Of a stretch of DNA of 44,689 bases, positions 9,703-19,763 are shown in pieces. A program made the translations under genes and the position numbers. The DNA comes from an uncultured Dehalococcoidia bacterium (GTDB lineage: Bacteria > Chloroflexota > Dehalococcoidia > Lucifugimonadales > OSU-TB39), in assembly GCA_964645865.1 (NCBI GenBank), contig CAZYCG010000004.1:1-44689 (forward strand), given 5' to 3'. How positions within the stretch are numbered: position 1 is the first letter of the stretch; each line of letters begins with the position of its first letter. The notes below the pieces were generated by a model. That model saw only the letters and a program-made list of their open reading frames with translations. It had not been told where the DNA came from and searched no databases.

Positions 9703-10956
9703 TTAATTGGGTAACCAATTACTATGCAGATATTTTTTGAATAAATCCAGTTGGATGTCGTCAATTATTTGATTTGCGAACCCGTTGATTAGGAGTTTTC
9801 TAGCCGTTTCAATTCCTATTCCTCTGGATTGCATATAAAAAAGCGCTTCAGAAGCGATTGACCCTGCAGTTGCTCCATGAGCACATTCGACATCGTCAGC
9901 ATAAATTTCAAGCATGGGTTTAGTATTGATCCTCGCTCCTTTCGAAAGAAGTAAGTTTTTGTCTGTTTGTTTCGCAACAGTTTTCTGTGCGTTTTTTCTT
10001 ACCAAAACACCGCCACTAAAAACTGCTTTAGATTTGTCGTCCAATATTCCTTTGTAATATATTTCGCTTTTAGCCTTTGGCACGGCATGATCAATCATTA
10101 TGTGGTTGTCGATATGTTCAGATCCAGAGGTGAAATATAAACCTTTTAGAGAACATTCACTGCGTTCACCTGCTAAATTTATTTTCAGTTCGTTTCTCAA
10201 TATTGATGCGCCTTTTGCTATTGATATTGACTCAAATGTACTGTTCTTTTCCTGATGAACATAAGTTGAGTTGATTTGATAGGCTTCAGGATTTTGATTG
10301 ATTAACTGATAATATGTTAAATGAGAATTTTCACCTAAGAATATTTGAGTGACACTATTATTTAAGTGGGTTTTATCGGTTAGGCTCACGTGACACTCTA
10401 GGATGGTAGATTTGTTATTTGGTTGTGTCATTATAACGGTACGTGGATGAGTCTCGGTTGGGGGCTTTGGGTTTGTGGATACGTGTATGATTTGAATTAA
10501 ATCGTTGGAGTCATCTCCAGATTTAATTGAATGAAATATTCGAGGTATTTGAACCAATGCTCCATCATAAAAAGCACCGTTATTGATATTAGAGAAAACA
10601 TCTTCAGCTGGTACTGACTGCCATTTTTTAAAACTTTGTTCCACCTCGACCGAAATAGTATTGTTTCTAAAGTTAATGGGTGCTGAAGATAGGTATTCAG
10701 CAAAATATCCATCAATAAAAATTAATAGTATTGCAGTATCCATGAGTGGTACGTGTTTTTCTAAATCAGCTAAGGTCATTTGTCCAACTTTAGTTTCAAT
10801 TTCTTTATCTGGACTGCCCAGCTTATTTGGCGGGTTGAAATTGGTATTTGCTATCGGTTTTAAATTGGTATATTTCCAATTTTCGTTACCTTTGGAAGTA
10901 GTTGGTATAGCCTTACTTCCTGCAATTTCCGGATTCATATAATAAGGTCGATTCAC
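9703..10956 (-). CDS. sufD: Fe-S cluster assembly protein SufD
   Basis: ENWKYT, HPR, AQKT, KPMLEIYADDVECAHGAT, FYMQSRGI. Confidence 0.93.
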   Translation of the reverse strand: MNRPYYMNPEIAGSKAIPTTSKGNENWKYTNLKPIANTNFNPPNKLGSPDKEIETKVGQMTLADLEKHVPLMDTAILLIFIDGYFAEYLSSAPINFRNNTISVEVEQSFKKWQSVPAEDVFSNINNGAFYDGALVQIPRIFHSIKSGDDSNDLIQIIHVSTNPKPPTETHPRTVIMTQPNNKSTILECHVSLTDKTHLNNSVTQIFLGENSHLTYYQLINQNPEAYQINSTYVHQEKNSTFESISIAKGASILRNELKINLAGERSECSLKGLYFTSGSEHIDNHIMIDHAVPKAKSEIYYKGILDDKSKAVFSGGVLVRKNAQKTVAKQTDKNLLLSKGARINTKPMLEIYADDVECAHGATAGSIASEALFYMQSRGIGIETARKLLINGFANQIIDDIQLDLFKKYLHSNWLPN

Positions 10957-11029
10957 TATCTCAAGTCCTTTGTTTTCAGTATGCTTTTTTGCTTTGGTTT
11001 AAATTTGCCATCAGAAATCAGAATTATAT

Positions 11030-11785
11030 TTAATGAGTTTTGGTTGGCTCTTTTAACCAGTCATATCCTTTTTGTTCCAATTGTTCTGCCAATTGGTGAT
11101 CTCCAGACTTGACTATCTTTCCGTCCATAAGAACGTGCACATAATCTGGAGTTATATAAGTCAGTATTCTTTGGTAATGAGTCACTAACATTATTGATAA
11201 CTCGGGATTTTGTAAGATTTTTACACTTTCAGCTATAGTTTTTAAAGCGTCTATATCTAATCCGGAATCCGTTTCGTCTAGTAGAGCTAATTGAGGTTGT
11301 AAAACAGCAAGTTGCAAAATTTCATTTCGTTTTTTTTCACCACCAGAAAATCCATCATTTACAAATCGTTTTGAAAGTTCTGGTTTCATCCCAACTAATT
11401 TAATTTTTTCTTGATACAGTTTATTAAATTCTCTTATCGGCATTTCTTTCTGTCCTGCATGAACCCTTTTAGCGTCTAAAGCAGTTTTCAAAAATTGCCT
11501 GTTTTTAACACCGGGTATTTCGACAGGATATTGGAATGCAAGAAAAACACCCTCTTTTGACCTTTCGTCGGGTGGCATTTCAACAATATTGTTGCCTTTA
11601 TATATTATTTCACCTTTATTTACCGAATAGTTAGGGTTGCCTGCGATAACATTTGCCAAAGTACTTTTGCCGCTTCCATTTGGTCCCATTACTGCATGTG
11701 TTTCACCAGCGTTAATGGATAACGAAATCCCATTTAATATTTTGGTTTCTCCTATAGAAACATGGAGGTCATTAATTTGTAGCAT
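11030..11785 (-). CDS. sufC: Fe-S cluster assembly ATPase SufC
   Basis: GPNGSGKST, FQYPVEIPGV, FSGGEKKRNE, LDETDSGLDID. Confidence 0.97.
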   Translation of the reverse strand: MLQINDLHVSIGETKILNGISLSINAGETHAVMGPNGSGKSTLANVIAGNPNYSVNKGEIIYKGNNIVEMPPDERSKEGVFLAFQYPVEIPGVKNRQFLKTALDAKRVHAGQKEMPIREFNKLYQEKIKLVGMKPELSKRFVNDGFSGGEKKRNEILQLAVLQPQLALLDETDSGLDIDALKTIAESVKILQNPELSIMLVTHYQRILTYITPDYVHVLMDGKIVKSGDHQLAEQLEQKGYDWLKEPTKTH

Positions 11786-11834
11786 GTTATTATTTCACCT
11801 TATTAAAAGCTAATTGATTATTATTTGAACTAAT

Positions 11835-13301
11835 TTAACCAACGGCGCCTTCTAAGCTGACTCTTAGAAGTTGTTGTGCTTCCATCGCGAATTCAAACGG
11901 TAATTCTTGGAATATACCTCTGCAAAAGCCATTTATAATCATGTAATGAGCTTCTTCTTCAGAAATTCCTCTTTGCATGCAATAAAAAAGTTTGTCATCG
12001 CTAACTTTTGATGTCGATGCTTCATGTTCCATGTTAGCTGAAGGATTTCTCACTTCTATATAGGGAACAGTGTGTGCACCACATGAATCTCCTATAAGTA
12101 AGGAATCACATTGAGTGTAATTTGTTGCATTATCAGCTGATGGCATTATCTGTACTAATCCTCTATACGTATTTTGACCTTTGCCAGCAGAAATCCCCTT
12201 GGCAACTATTGTACTTTTTGTGTTTTTGCCAATATGGATCATCTTGGTTCCAGTGTCAGCCTGTTGGTGGTTGTTAGCCAGTGCTACTGAATAAAATTCT
12301 CCGGTGGAGTTTTCTCCTTCAAGTATTACACTAGGATATTTCCAAGTTATTGCTGAACCTGTTTCAACTTGTGTCCAGGATATTTTAGAATTTCTTCCAA
12401 TACATCTTCCTCTTTTAGTGACAAAGTTATATACTCCTCCATTTCCATCTTTATCGCCAGGATACCAATTTTGTAGAGTAGAATACTTAATTTCGGCATT
12501 TTCTAATGCTACAAGTTCTACAACAGCTGCATGCAACTGGTGCGTTTTTCTCATTGGAGCTGTACATCCTTCTAGATAACTTACATATGAATCTTTATCT
12601 GCCACGATCAATGTTCTTTCGAATTGTCCAGTTTCTTCAGAGTTGATTCTAAAATAGGTCATCAATTCAATAGGGCATCTTACTCCTGGTGGTACATAGA
12701 CAAAAGAACCGTCACTAAAGACTGCTGAATTAAGAGTTGCATAGAAATTATCACTATATGGAACAACCGAACCTAGATATTTTTGAATTAATTCAGGATG
12801 TTTTTTGACTGCTTCACTTACTGAACAGAAAATCACTCCAGCATCTTCAAGCTTTTGTTGATAAGTTGTTGCTACTGATACGCTGTCAAAAATGGCATCG
12901 ACAGCTACGCCTGTAAGTTTCTTTTGTTCTTCTAAAGGTATACCCAGTTTTTCAAAAGTAGATAAAAGTTCAGGGTCTACTTCATCTAAACTTTTTGGTT
13001 TTTCAGTTTGAGCTGTTGGAGCAGCGTAATAATGGATATCTTGATAGTCAATGTTTTTGAAATTTACTTTTGCCCAATCAGGTTCGCTATCTGAATATTT
13101 TAACCATTGCTTGTAAGCATTCAATCGCCAATCTAGTAAAAATTGAGGTTCTTCCTTTTTTCGAGATATCATCCTAATTACATCTTCATTTAGACCTTTT
13201 GGTGCTATGTCAGATTCGATTTCAGTGGTGAATCCATATTTGTAATCAGAAGAAATTTCTTGATTTTTTGAATTTCGTGATAGAACTTTATTTGAAGGCA
13301 T
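11835..13301 (-). CDS. sufB: Fe-S cluster assembly protein SufB
   Basis: [43 protein letters not shown]. Confidence 0.97.
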   Translation of the reverse strand: MPSNKVLSRNSKNQEISSDYKYGFTTEIESDIAPKGLNEDVIRMISRKKEEPQFLLDWRLNAYKQWLKYSDSEPDWAKVNFKNIDYQDIHYYAAPTAQTEKPKSLDEVDPELLSTFEKLGIPLEEQKKLTGVAVDAIFDSVSVATTYQQKLEDAGVIFCSVSEAVKKHPELIQKYLGSVVPYSDNFYATLNSAVFSDGSFVYVPPGVRCPIELMTYFRINSEETGQFERTLIVADKDSYVSYLEGCTAPMRKTHQLHAAVVELVALENAEIKYSTLQNWYPGDKDGNGGVYNFVTKRGRCIGRNSKISWTQVETGSAITWKYPSVILEGENSTGEFYSVALANNHQQADTGTKMIHIGKNTKSTIVAKGISAGKGQNTYRGLVQIMPSADNATNYTQCDSLLIGDSCGAHTVPYIEVRNPSANMEHEASTSKVSDDKLFYCMQRGISEEEAHYMIINGFCRGIFQELPFEFAMEAQQLLRVSLEGAVG

Positions 13302-13366
13302 ACGCGTACCTATGTTGTTATTTATCTGAAAGTAAAATTTTAAGCAGGATTTCAGATTTAATTTTA

Positions 13367-13391
13367 ATTATAGACCAATATGGTCAACAAA
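13367..13391 (-). promoter_or_regulatory. suf promoter -10 (TATAAT) abutting a candidate Rrf2/IscR-type operator
   Basis: Minus strand TTTGTTGACCATATTGGTCTATAAT; GACCA-N3-TGGTC palindrome at 13373-13385; perfect TATAAT at 13372-13367. Confidence 0.6.
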
Positions 13392-13455
13392 TAAAATTAA
13401 TTAACAGGATTTTCAAATATAAACTATATTTTTCGCAAAAAATAAAATCTAAATT

Positions 13456-14388
13456 TCAATATATATTCAATAAATCGTAAATCATGGTTTTAGTTTTAAG
13501 TGAATTAACGTCTACTGCTAATTTGGTATTACCCACAGTTGAAAGTATTTTTGTTTGTCCACGAAATTGGGATGAAGAACAGTCTACTTTTATTGATACT
13601 TGTTCAAATTGAAATAATGTAGGGTCCAAATATCCAGCTATTGCGGCAGGGTCATGGAAATGAAATTCTGTGCGGGTATCACAACTATATTGATTGAACC
13701 AACTGTTTATTAATTTGTTTGAAAGATCAGCTATTTTGCCGTTGTGCTTCAACCATGGCATTTCAGATTTCGATACATATACTTCTTGGGTTATATTTAA
13801 AGGGATTAACGTAGTTGGTATATCGGATCTAAATATATACTCTGCGGCGATTGGGTCATTATAAATATTGAATTCCGCAAAGGATGTAATATTTCCCCTT
13901 GAATTAATTGCTCCTCCCATAATAGTGATACTATTTACTGAATTTCTAAATGATGGATTGGTTTTTAATGCCGTAGCAATGTTTGTGAGAGGACCAATCG
14001 CAAGTATATCTATTTTTTTTGAATTAATTTTGGATAATATTTCTTTTGCTGGGAGGATTGGTTTTTTTAGGTGGTATTTGCTTAGGTCTAGTCCTAAGCC
14101 GTTTGCACCATGAAATTCATAAGCATATTTGAATTTGCCCTCAATAGGGTGAGTTGCGCCAACTCCAATTGCAATATTATCTGTTGCCAAATGTGACATT
14201 GCATGTTGTTTATAAAAATTCAATAATGAACATGCGTTTGTTGTTGTATCTTCTATTGTCGCGTTCCCTCCTACAGTAGTAATTACCGGTAGGATATTGG
14301 TTGTTGACTTGCTTAAGTGATTTAGTACCATAAAAATGGCTAAGAAGTCATCTACTCCTGGGTCGCAATCAATCAGTATAGTTGCCAT
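13456..14388 (-). CDS. Inosine-uridine preferring nucleoside hydrolase family protein
   Basis: DCDPGVDD, GGN, HGANGLG, GPLTNIA, GNIT..AEFNIY.DP, HDP; start set at MATILID. Confidence 0.92.
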   Translation of the reverse strand: MATILIDCDPGVDDFLAIFMVLNHLSKSTTNILPVITTVGGNATIEDTTTNACSLLNFYKQHAMSHLATDNIAIGVGATHPIEGKFKYAYEFHGANGLGLDLSKYHLKKPILPAKEILSKINSKKIDILAIGPLTNIATALKTNPSFRNSVNSITIMGGAINSRGNITSFAEFNIYNDPIAAEYIFRSDIPTTLIPLNITQEVYVSKSEMPWLKHNGKIADLSNKLINSWFNQYSCDTRTEFHFHDPAAIAGYLDPTLFQFEQVSIKVDCSSSQFRGQTKILSTVGNTKLAVDVNSLKTKTMIYDLLNIY

Positions 14389-14389
14389 T

Positions 14390-15265
14390 TTATCGAGAAA
14401 CAAATAACCGATTGGTTATAGCAGGGGAATAGCATTTTATTAATAGAGTGACCTTGTTCATAAAAGTCAATCTTGTTCTTTTTTTCATAATCAAGTCAGG
14501 CTTTTTATTCATTTGCTTTAATAATCGGATATATACTTCAGCAATTAGTTCTAAACACTGTTGGGAATCTTTATGTACTAAGTATTTAAGAGGTTTACTT
14601 TTGGTAAAATATTCTTCAGCTCGCGAGATTTGTGTTTGGATAAGCTTATTGAAGTTGCCATTTATAGTACTATTTTCCAAATCATTATATGTATATCCTG
14701 CATTTTCGAAGTCATCTTTTGGTAAGTAAACTCGATTAAGCTCAAAATCTTCTTTAACATCTCTGATGATGTTTGTTAATTGCATTGCTATACCTAAATC
14801 TATAGCTAGTTCTTTACATATATCGTCTTCGTACCCAAAAATATTTAGGCACATTAATCCAACAACAGAAGCTACTCTATGACAATAAAGTTTTAATTCT
14901 CTGAAGTTGTTAAATTTTACAAAATCAATATCACTTTCCATTCCTAGTAAAAGATCTTCAAAATATGCAACAGGGATCTTATATACATTTATCACATCAT
15001 TAAGGGCCAATACGATTGGATTTAAGTCAGCGGATATGGATCCGATTTGTAAACTAGACCTTATTTTATCTATGCGCAGTTTTTTCTCAGACTTTTTATT
15101 GTCATTGTCTACGATATCATCACACAATCTGCAGAAAGCGTATATTGCATATATCGCCTTCCTTTTATGAGGGGGTAGAGTTCGTGATGCCAAAAAAAAA
15201 CTTGTCGATTGTGCTTTAACAAGTTTCTCACATTGTTTATAAGAATCAGCTAATGCAGGTTTCAT
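14390..15265 (-). CDS. Phytoene/squalene synthase family protein (CrtB/HpnD-like)
   Basis: SFFLAS, YAFCRLCDDIVD, YCHRVASVVG, LGIAMQLTNIIRDVKED, RVYLP. Confidence 0.92.
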   Translation of the reverse strand: MKPALADSYKQCEKLVKAQSTSFFLASRTLPPHKRKAIYAIYAFCRLCDDIVDNDNKKSEKKLRIDKIRSSLQIGSISADLNPIVLALNDVINVYKIPVAYFEDLLLGMESDIDFVKFNNFRELKLYCHRVASVVGLMCLNIFGYEDDICKELAIDLGIAMQLTNIIRDVKEDFELNRVYLPKDDFENAGYTYNDLENSTINGNFNKLIQTQISRAEEYFTKSKPLKYLVHKDSQQCLELIAEVYIRLLKQMNKKPDLIMKKRTRLTFMNKVTLLIKCYSPAITNRLFVSR

Positions 15266-15332
15266 CTCATTGAAATTTCAAGTACATTACTTAAACTTTG
15301 GAATTATTATTTCACAAACCTGATGATTTTAA

Positions 15333-15851
15333 TCAAATACCCATAACCTGTACCACTATTTCTCGTGGAGTTATTTTTGATTCATCAAGTTCAACTACGA
15401 AAATACGTTGCCATTGTCCCAGTGTTAAAAATCCATTTGCTATTGGTATTGTTTCACTACTGCCAAGTAAGAGGTGTTGACAATGAGAATGACCATTTGG
15501 AGGTTCACCTTCATTCATGTTTACAGTCCTGATTGTGAAGTCATTATGTCCATACCTTGAATTTTTTGGTGATAGTTTTTCTAATAAACTGGACATGTCA
15601 TTTAGCAGTAGTGGTTCATTTTCCTGAATTACTATTGCTGATGTCGTGTGTCTTGAAAATATGGTTGCAGTTCCGTTATAAACGCTTGTTTTATCAACGG
15701 TGTCAATTATTCTGTCAGTTATGTCGATAAATTCAGGAGCCGATGAAGTGTTAATTATTAGTGTTGAGGTTTTTGATATAAATCCTGATTTTACTTGAGG
15801 TTCATTATTTGAATTCATCTTGATTTCCTTGAAGCTTTTAGACATTTTCAT
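15333..15851 (-). CDS. yjbQ: YjbQ/UPF0047 family protein
   Basis: FIDIT, HTTSAIVIQENE, NGHSH, LGQWQRIFVVELD; true start may be a downstream Met. Confidence 0.9.
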   Translation of the reverse strand: MKMSKSFKEIKMNSNNEPQVKSGFISKTSTLIINTSSAPEFIDITDRIIDTVDKTSVYNGTATIFSRHTTSAIVIQENEPLLLNDMSSLLEKLSPKNSRYGHNDFTIRTVNMNEGEPPNGHSHCQHLLLGSSETIPIANGFLTLGQWQRIFVVELDESKITPREIVVQVMGI

Positions 15852-15913
15852 TCGTGTATAAAATTAAACTATAACATCAAATTAAACTCATAGTAAGGTT
15901 GTAATATTAACAA

Positions 15914-16996
15914 TTAATATTGTCTTTTTGTTAAGAATAATGCGAGAGATTCTATATCTTTTCTGGATTGGCTTGGCATTGGGATTTTGCTTATACTATC
16001 TAACGCTTTATCGTAATATGCAGTTGCTAATGCGATGCAGTGTTGTTTGGATTTTGCTTGATCCATTATATTCAGGATTTCATTTAAGTCTCGGTTAGAA
16101 ATTTTTTGTTTATTATAGATTTCTTTAATGGTTTCTTGGTTTGCATATGTAGTATTAGAGATTGTCATTATAATAGGCAAACTATTTTTTTTCCTGATTA
16201 TGTCGGCACCGACTGGTTTTCCGGTTTTTGATTCTGTACCCCATATCCCTAAGATGTCGTCAGTTATTTGAAATACAAATCCCAAATATTTACCGAAATC
16301 ATTGAAGGCTTTTAGTTTATCTTGGTTTTCAGTTGCTAAATTTACACCTATGTTTATTGCTGCAGCTATTAATGAACCTGTTTTTTTTGAAATCATTTCC
16401 AAATACAGTTCTTTTGTCAATGATGCTTGTCCTTCGTATTTTATGTCTAAATATTGTCCTTCAATCATTTCAAGGCATGCCTGAGTTAAAATATAGTTGA
16501 TACTCAAACATTTATTTAATGGTATATTTGTTGCTATTAATTTATTCATTGTAATATCTGCAATTATTCGTAAGTTGTTTCCTGCAACTAAAGCTTTTGG
16601 ATTCCCCCATAGTGCCCAAATAGTAGGCCTATTGTGTCTTAATTTATCTTTGTCTTGTATATCGTCATGTATCAAAGAGAAGTTATGTATTAATTCAAGT
16701 GGTATCGCTGCCGGTATCGCTTTTTTTACGCCTCCACCAGCAGCGTTACAAGCCAAGATGCATAGGATAGGTCTCAATGCTTTGCCGGAGATTGGTTTAT
16801 TTGTTAAATTGCCACTAGGATCTGTCCAGCCAAGGAAATATTTCAACATGGTATTGATTTTTGTGTTTCCTGCGGGAAATTCATTTTGCATTATTGAATT
16901 AACTTGTGTGTGATATTTCGAAAATATCTTTGTCACGTGTTCGTTATAATTTGAATTCAGGGAACTGCTCTTACTTGAAATTTCTTGATGCACCAA
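15914..16996 (-). CDS. Polyprenyl diphosphate synthase (GGPP synthase-like)
   Basis: GKALRP, FARM NFSLIHDDIQD..RHNRPT, GQYLD, KT, SARM FQITDDILG. Confidence 0.93.
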   Translation of the reverse strand: MVHQEISSKSSSLNSNYNEHVTKIFSKYHTQVNSIMQNEFPAGNTKINTMLKYFLGWTDPSGNLTNKPISGKALRPILCILACNAAGGGVKKAIPAAIPLELIHNFSLIHDDIQDKDKLRHNRPTIWALWGNPKALVAGNNLRIIADITMNKLIATNIPLNKCLSINYILTQACLEMIEGQYLDIKYEGQASLTKELYLEMISKKTGSLIAAAINIGVNLATENQDKLKAFNDFGKYLGFVFQITDDILGIWGTESKTGKPVGADIIRKKNSLPIIMTISNTTYANQETIKEIYNKQKISNRDLNEILNIMDQAKSKQHCIALATAYYDKALDSISKIPMPSQSRKDIESLALFLTKRQY

Positions 16997-17113
16997 ATAT
17001 TCCTATAATCAAATTTGCGTTATCTTTGATTGCGTTTTCGGGTAATAATTCACAGTATATATTTGGAAACGCGAGTTGTCCAAAATCAGAGGTTTATAGA
17101 GTGTATGAATCTG

Positions 17114-17143
17114 TTGTATATGTTTAAAACTTTGTGTTATATT
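17114..17143 (+). promoter_or_regulatory. Candidate sigma70 promoter of nuo operon
   Basis: TTGTAT-18 nt-TATATT with TG extension, just upstream of nuoA. Confidence 0.35.
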
Positions 17144-17159
17144 TCAATCTGCTTGTACG

Positions 17160-17561
17160 ATGGAAAATTTTGATGAGTATTATCGCCAATATGGCCTTAT
17201 AACAATTTTTTTGGCAATAGCAATATCTGTGCCAATAGGTATGATGTTGTTGTCTTGGGTTTTCTCCTTGTTAGGAGTCAGGCCTAGTCTCCCCAGTTCA
17301 ATAAAACAGAGTATATATGAATGCGGATTTGAGACCGTAACGGGTATGTGGGAAAGGTTTAATTTCAGATTCTATAGTTTTGCAATATTGTTCGTTTTGT
17401 TTGATGTTGAAGCGATTTTCCTATTTCCTTGGGCAGCCCAATTTGGTTACTTATCGAAGGAATTCGGTCTTTATATATTGCTAGAAATGTTAGTTTTTAT
17501 CGGTATTTTATTTTTTGGTTGGCTATACGCTTGGAAAAGAGGAGATCTAGAATGGACGTGA
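17160..17561 (+). CDS. nuoA: NADH-quinone oxidoreductase subunit A
   Basis: [34 protein letters not shown]. Confidence 0.96.
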   Translation: MENFDEYYRQYGLITIFLAIAISVPIGMMLLSWVFSLLGVRPSLPSSIKQSIYECGFETVTGMWERFNFRFYSFAILFVLFDVEAIFLFPWAAQFGYLSKEFGLYILLEMLVFIGILFFGWLYAWKRGDLEWT

Positions 17562-18181
17562 ACTCTGGAATTTATACGGGCTCCCAATACGAACACGAAT
17601 ATGTAGAAAAGAGTTCAGAAGAATTAGATAAATCAGAAGGTGAATATATAGATTTTCTCAAAACAAATCGCTTGGATCCCATACCAGCTTTCGGCGAGAT
17701 ATTATCTAGCGAAGAGTCGGAGCAGATAAACAGGAATGTGGCTTTAACTACTTTAGATTCGTTAGTAGGATGGGCTCACAAATCATCTGTTTGGCCGTTG
17801 TCTTTTGGATTAGCTTGTTGTGCTTTTGAGATGATGGCCAGTGCTATGTCCAGATTCGATCTCTCTAGATTTGGGATGGAAGTATTTAGGACATCGCCAA
17901 GACAAGCAGACTTAATGATTGTTGCGGGTACGGTTACTTGGAAAATGGCTCCAGCTATTGAAAGGATTTATGAACAAATGGCTGATCCTAAGTGGGTTAT
18001 TTCAATGGGGGTTTGTGCTACTAGTGGAGGTCCATATTATGGTTCCTATAGTGTTGTGCCTGGTGTAAATAAAATTGTGCCTGTCGACGTTTATGTCCCA
18101 GGTTGCCCTCCTCGTCCCGATGCACTAATTTACGGGATAATGCAATTGCATGAAAAGATTCAAAAGGCTTCTAAAGGCTGA
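17552..18181 (+). CDS. nuoB: NADH-quinone oxidoreductase subunit B
   Basis: [31 protein letters not shown]; ATG at 17552 with AGGAG RBS. Confidence 0.96.
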   Translation: MDVNSGIYTGSQYEHEYVEKSSEELDKSEGEYIDFLKTNRLDPIPAFGEILSSEESEQINRNVALTTLDSLVGWAHKSSVWPLSFGLACCAFEMMASAMSRFDLSRFGMEVFRTSPRQADLMIVAGTVTWKMAPAIERIYEQMADPKWVISMGVCATSGGPYYGSYSVVPGVNKIVPVDVYVPGCPPRPDALIYGIMQLHEKIQKASKG

Positions 18182-18208
18182 ATGTATTAAAGGGATTCTG
18201 GAATAATA

Positions 18209-18652
18209 ATGACCAAGATTTTAACAGGTAAAGAAATATCAACGAAACTTAGTGGTGTCGGTGATTTTAATGAGTTCGATGATGTGTCAGTATGGGTTCC
18301 CAAAAAAGAAATTTTAAGAATATGTGATTTTTTGAAAAATGATGCTGAGTCTAAGTTTATATTTTTGAGGGCTATTTCAGCTGTTGACTATATCGAATAT
18401 TTTGAAATCGTCTACCATTTGCTTTCAGTCGAATTTAATCATTCATGCGTTTTAAAAACCAAATGTTACGGTAGAGAAGATGCGTATTTGCCATCAGTTA
18501 CGAGCTTGTGGAACGGAGCGAATTTACAGGAAAGAGAGATTTGGGACTTGATGGGGGTTAGGTTTGAAGGACATCCTAATATGAAAAGGATTTTGTTATG
18601 GGAAGGATTTGAAGGCCATCCTTTAAGAAAAGATTTTACAGAGTCAAAGTAG
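18209..18652 (+). CDS. nuoC: NADH-quinone oxidoreductase subunit C
   Basis: AVDY, EREIWDLMGVRFEGHP, HPLRKDF. Confidence 0.96.
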   Translation: MTKILTGKEISTKLSGVGDFNEFDDVSVWVPKKEILRICDFLKNDAESKFIFLRAISAVDYIEYFEIVYHLLSVEFNHSCVLKTKCYGREDAYLPSVTSLWNGANLQEREIWDLMGVRFEGHPNMKRILLWEGFEGHPLRKDFTESK

Positions 18653-18659
18653 AAAATAA

Positions 18660-19763
18660 ATGCCTATAGAAACAAAACCAATAACTATTAATCTCGGGCC
18701 ACAGCATCCAAGTACGCATGGAGTCTTTAGGTTGAGAGTTACTCTTGACGGAGAACAGGTGATCGACGTTGAGCCTGTTTTCGGGTATATGCACAGAGGA
18801 AGTGAGAAATTGGCTGAACAAAGGTCATATACTCAAATAGTAACCTTAACTGATCGGCTTGATTGGGTGTCGAGTATGAGTAACAATCTTGCTTATGTAA
18901 GATCAGTTGAAAAATTAGCGGGAATCGATGTGCCGATAAGAGCGCAGTATATTAGAGTGATATCAGCTGAATTACAACGTATAGCGAGTCATTTGGTTGC
19001 TACAGGATTTTTCCTTCAAGAACTTGGTGTATTTGGTACAACTCTTATGTACTGTTTTAGAGAAAGGGAAAGAATCCTTGATCTGTTTGAAATGCTGTGC
19101 GGTGCACGGATGACCTTAAGCTACATGAGGCCAGGTGGTGTTACTCAAGATGCTCCTGACGTTTTTTGGCAGTCCCTCGACCGTTTTGTTAGTGATATGC
19201 CAGGTTATGCAGATGAATTGGAGAGTATGATTAATGACAATGAAGTTGTGCTAGCTAGGACTAAAGGGATAGGTATTATTGAAAAAGATTACGCAATTAA
19301 TTCGTCCGTCACGGGCCCAATATTAAGAGCAACTGGTGTCAATTGGGATTTGAGGAAATCAGATCCTTATGAAGTATATCGGGATATGGATTTTGATGTT
19401 CCTGTAGGTTCTACGGGCGACACCTACGATCGTTATTTAGTAAGAATTAAGGAAGTCAGGGAAAGCCTTAAGATTATAAAACAATGTGTCAAACGTATTG
19501 AGCCGGGTCTTGTGCGTACTGAAACCAACTATTTTGTTAGGCCTCCTATAGGAGAAGTATATTCGTCAATAGAAGGGCCAAAAGGAGAGTTAGGTTTTTA
19601 TCTTGTTAGTAATGGAGATATAGCTCCTTATCGATGCAAAATCAGAGCCCCTTCTTTTCTCAACTTGACAGTTTTAAAGGAAATATTAACTGGTGGCAAA
19701 TTCGCTGACTTAATTGTGGTTTTTGGTAGTTTTGATGTTGTGATGGGAGAAGTTGACAGATGA
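18660..19763 (+). CDS. nuoD: NADH-quinone oxidoreductase subunit D
   Basis: NLGPQHPSTHGVFRL, GYMHRG.EK, EGPKGE, DVVMGEVDR. Confidence 0.97.
   Translation: MPIETKPITINLGPQHPSTHGVFRLRVTLDGEQVIDVEPVFGYMHRGSEKLAEQRSYTQIVTLTDRLDWVSSMSNNLAYVRSVEKLAGIDVPIRAQYIRVISAELQRIASHLVATGFFLQELGVFGTTLMYCFRERERILDLFEMLCGARMTLSYMRPGGVTQDAPDVFWQSLDRFVSDMPGYADELESMINDNEVVLARTKGIGIIEKDYAINSSVTGPILRATGVNWDLRKSDPYEVYRDMDFDVPVGSTGDTYDRYLVRIKEVRESLKIIKQCVKRIEPGLVRTETNYFVRPPIGEVYSSIEGPKGELGFYLVSNGDIAPYRCKIRAPSFLNLTVLKEILTGGKFADLIVVFGSFDVVMGEVDR

Noticed and set aside
13268-13480. 70-aa + strand ORF across the suf promoter
   Set aside because: No family pattern; the region is explained as promoter/operator
16906-17127. 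73-aa + strand ORF upstream of nuoA
   Set aside because: Overlaps the prenyl synthase start and divergent promoter region; no coding signature
17429-17551. Longer nuoB start from the ORF track
   Set aside because: Lies inside nuoA; ATG at 17552 has a proper RBS
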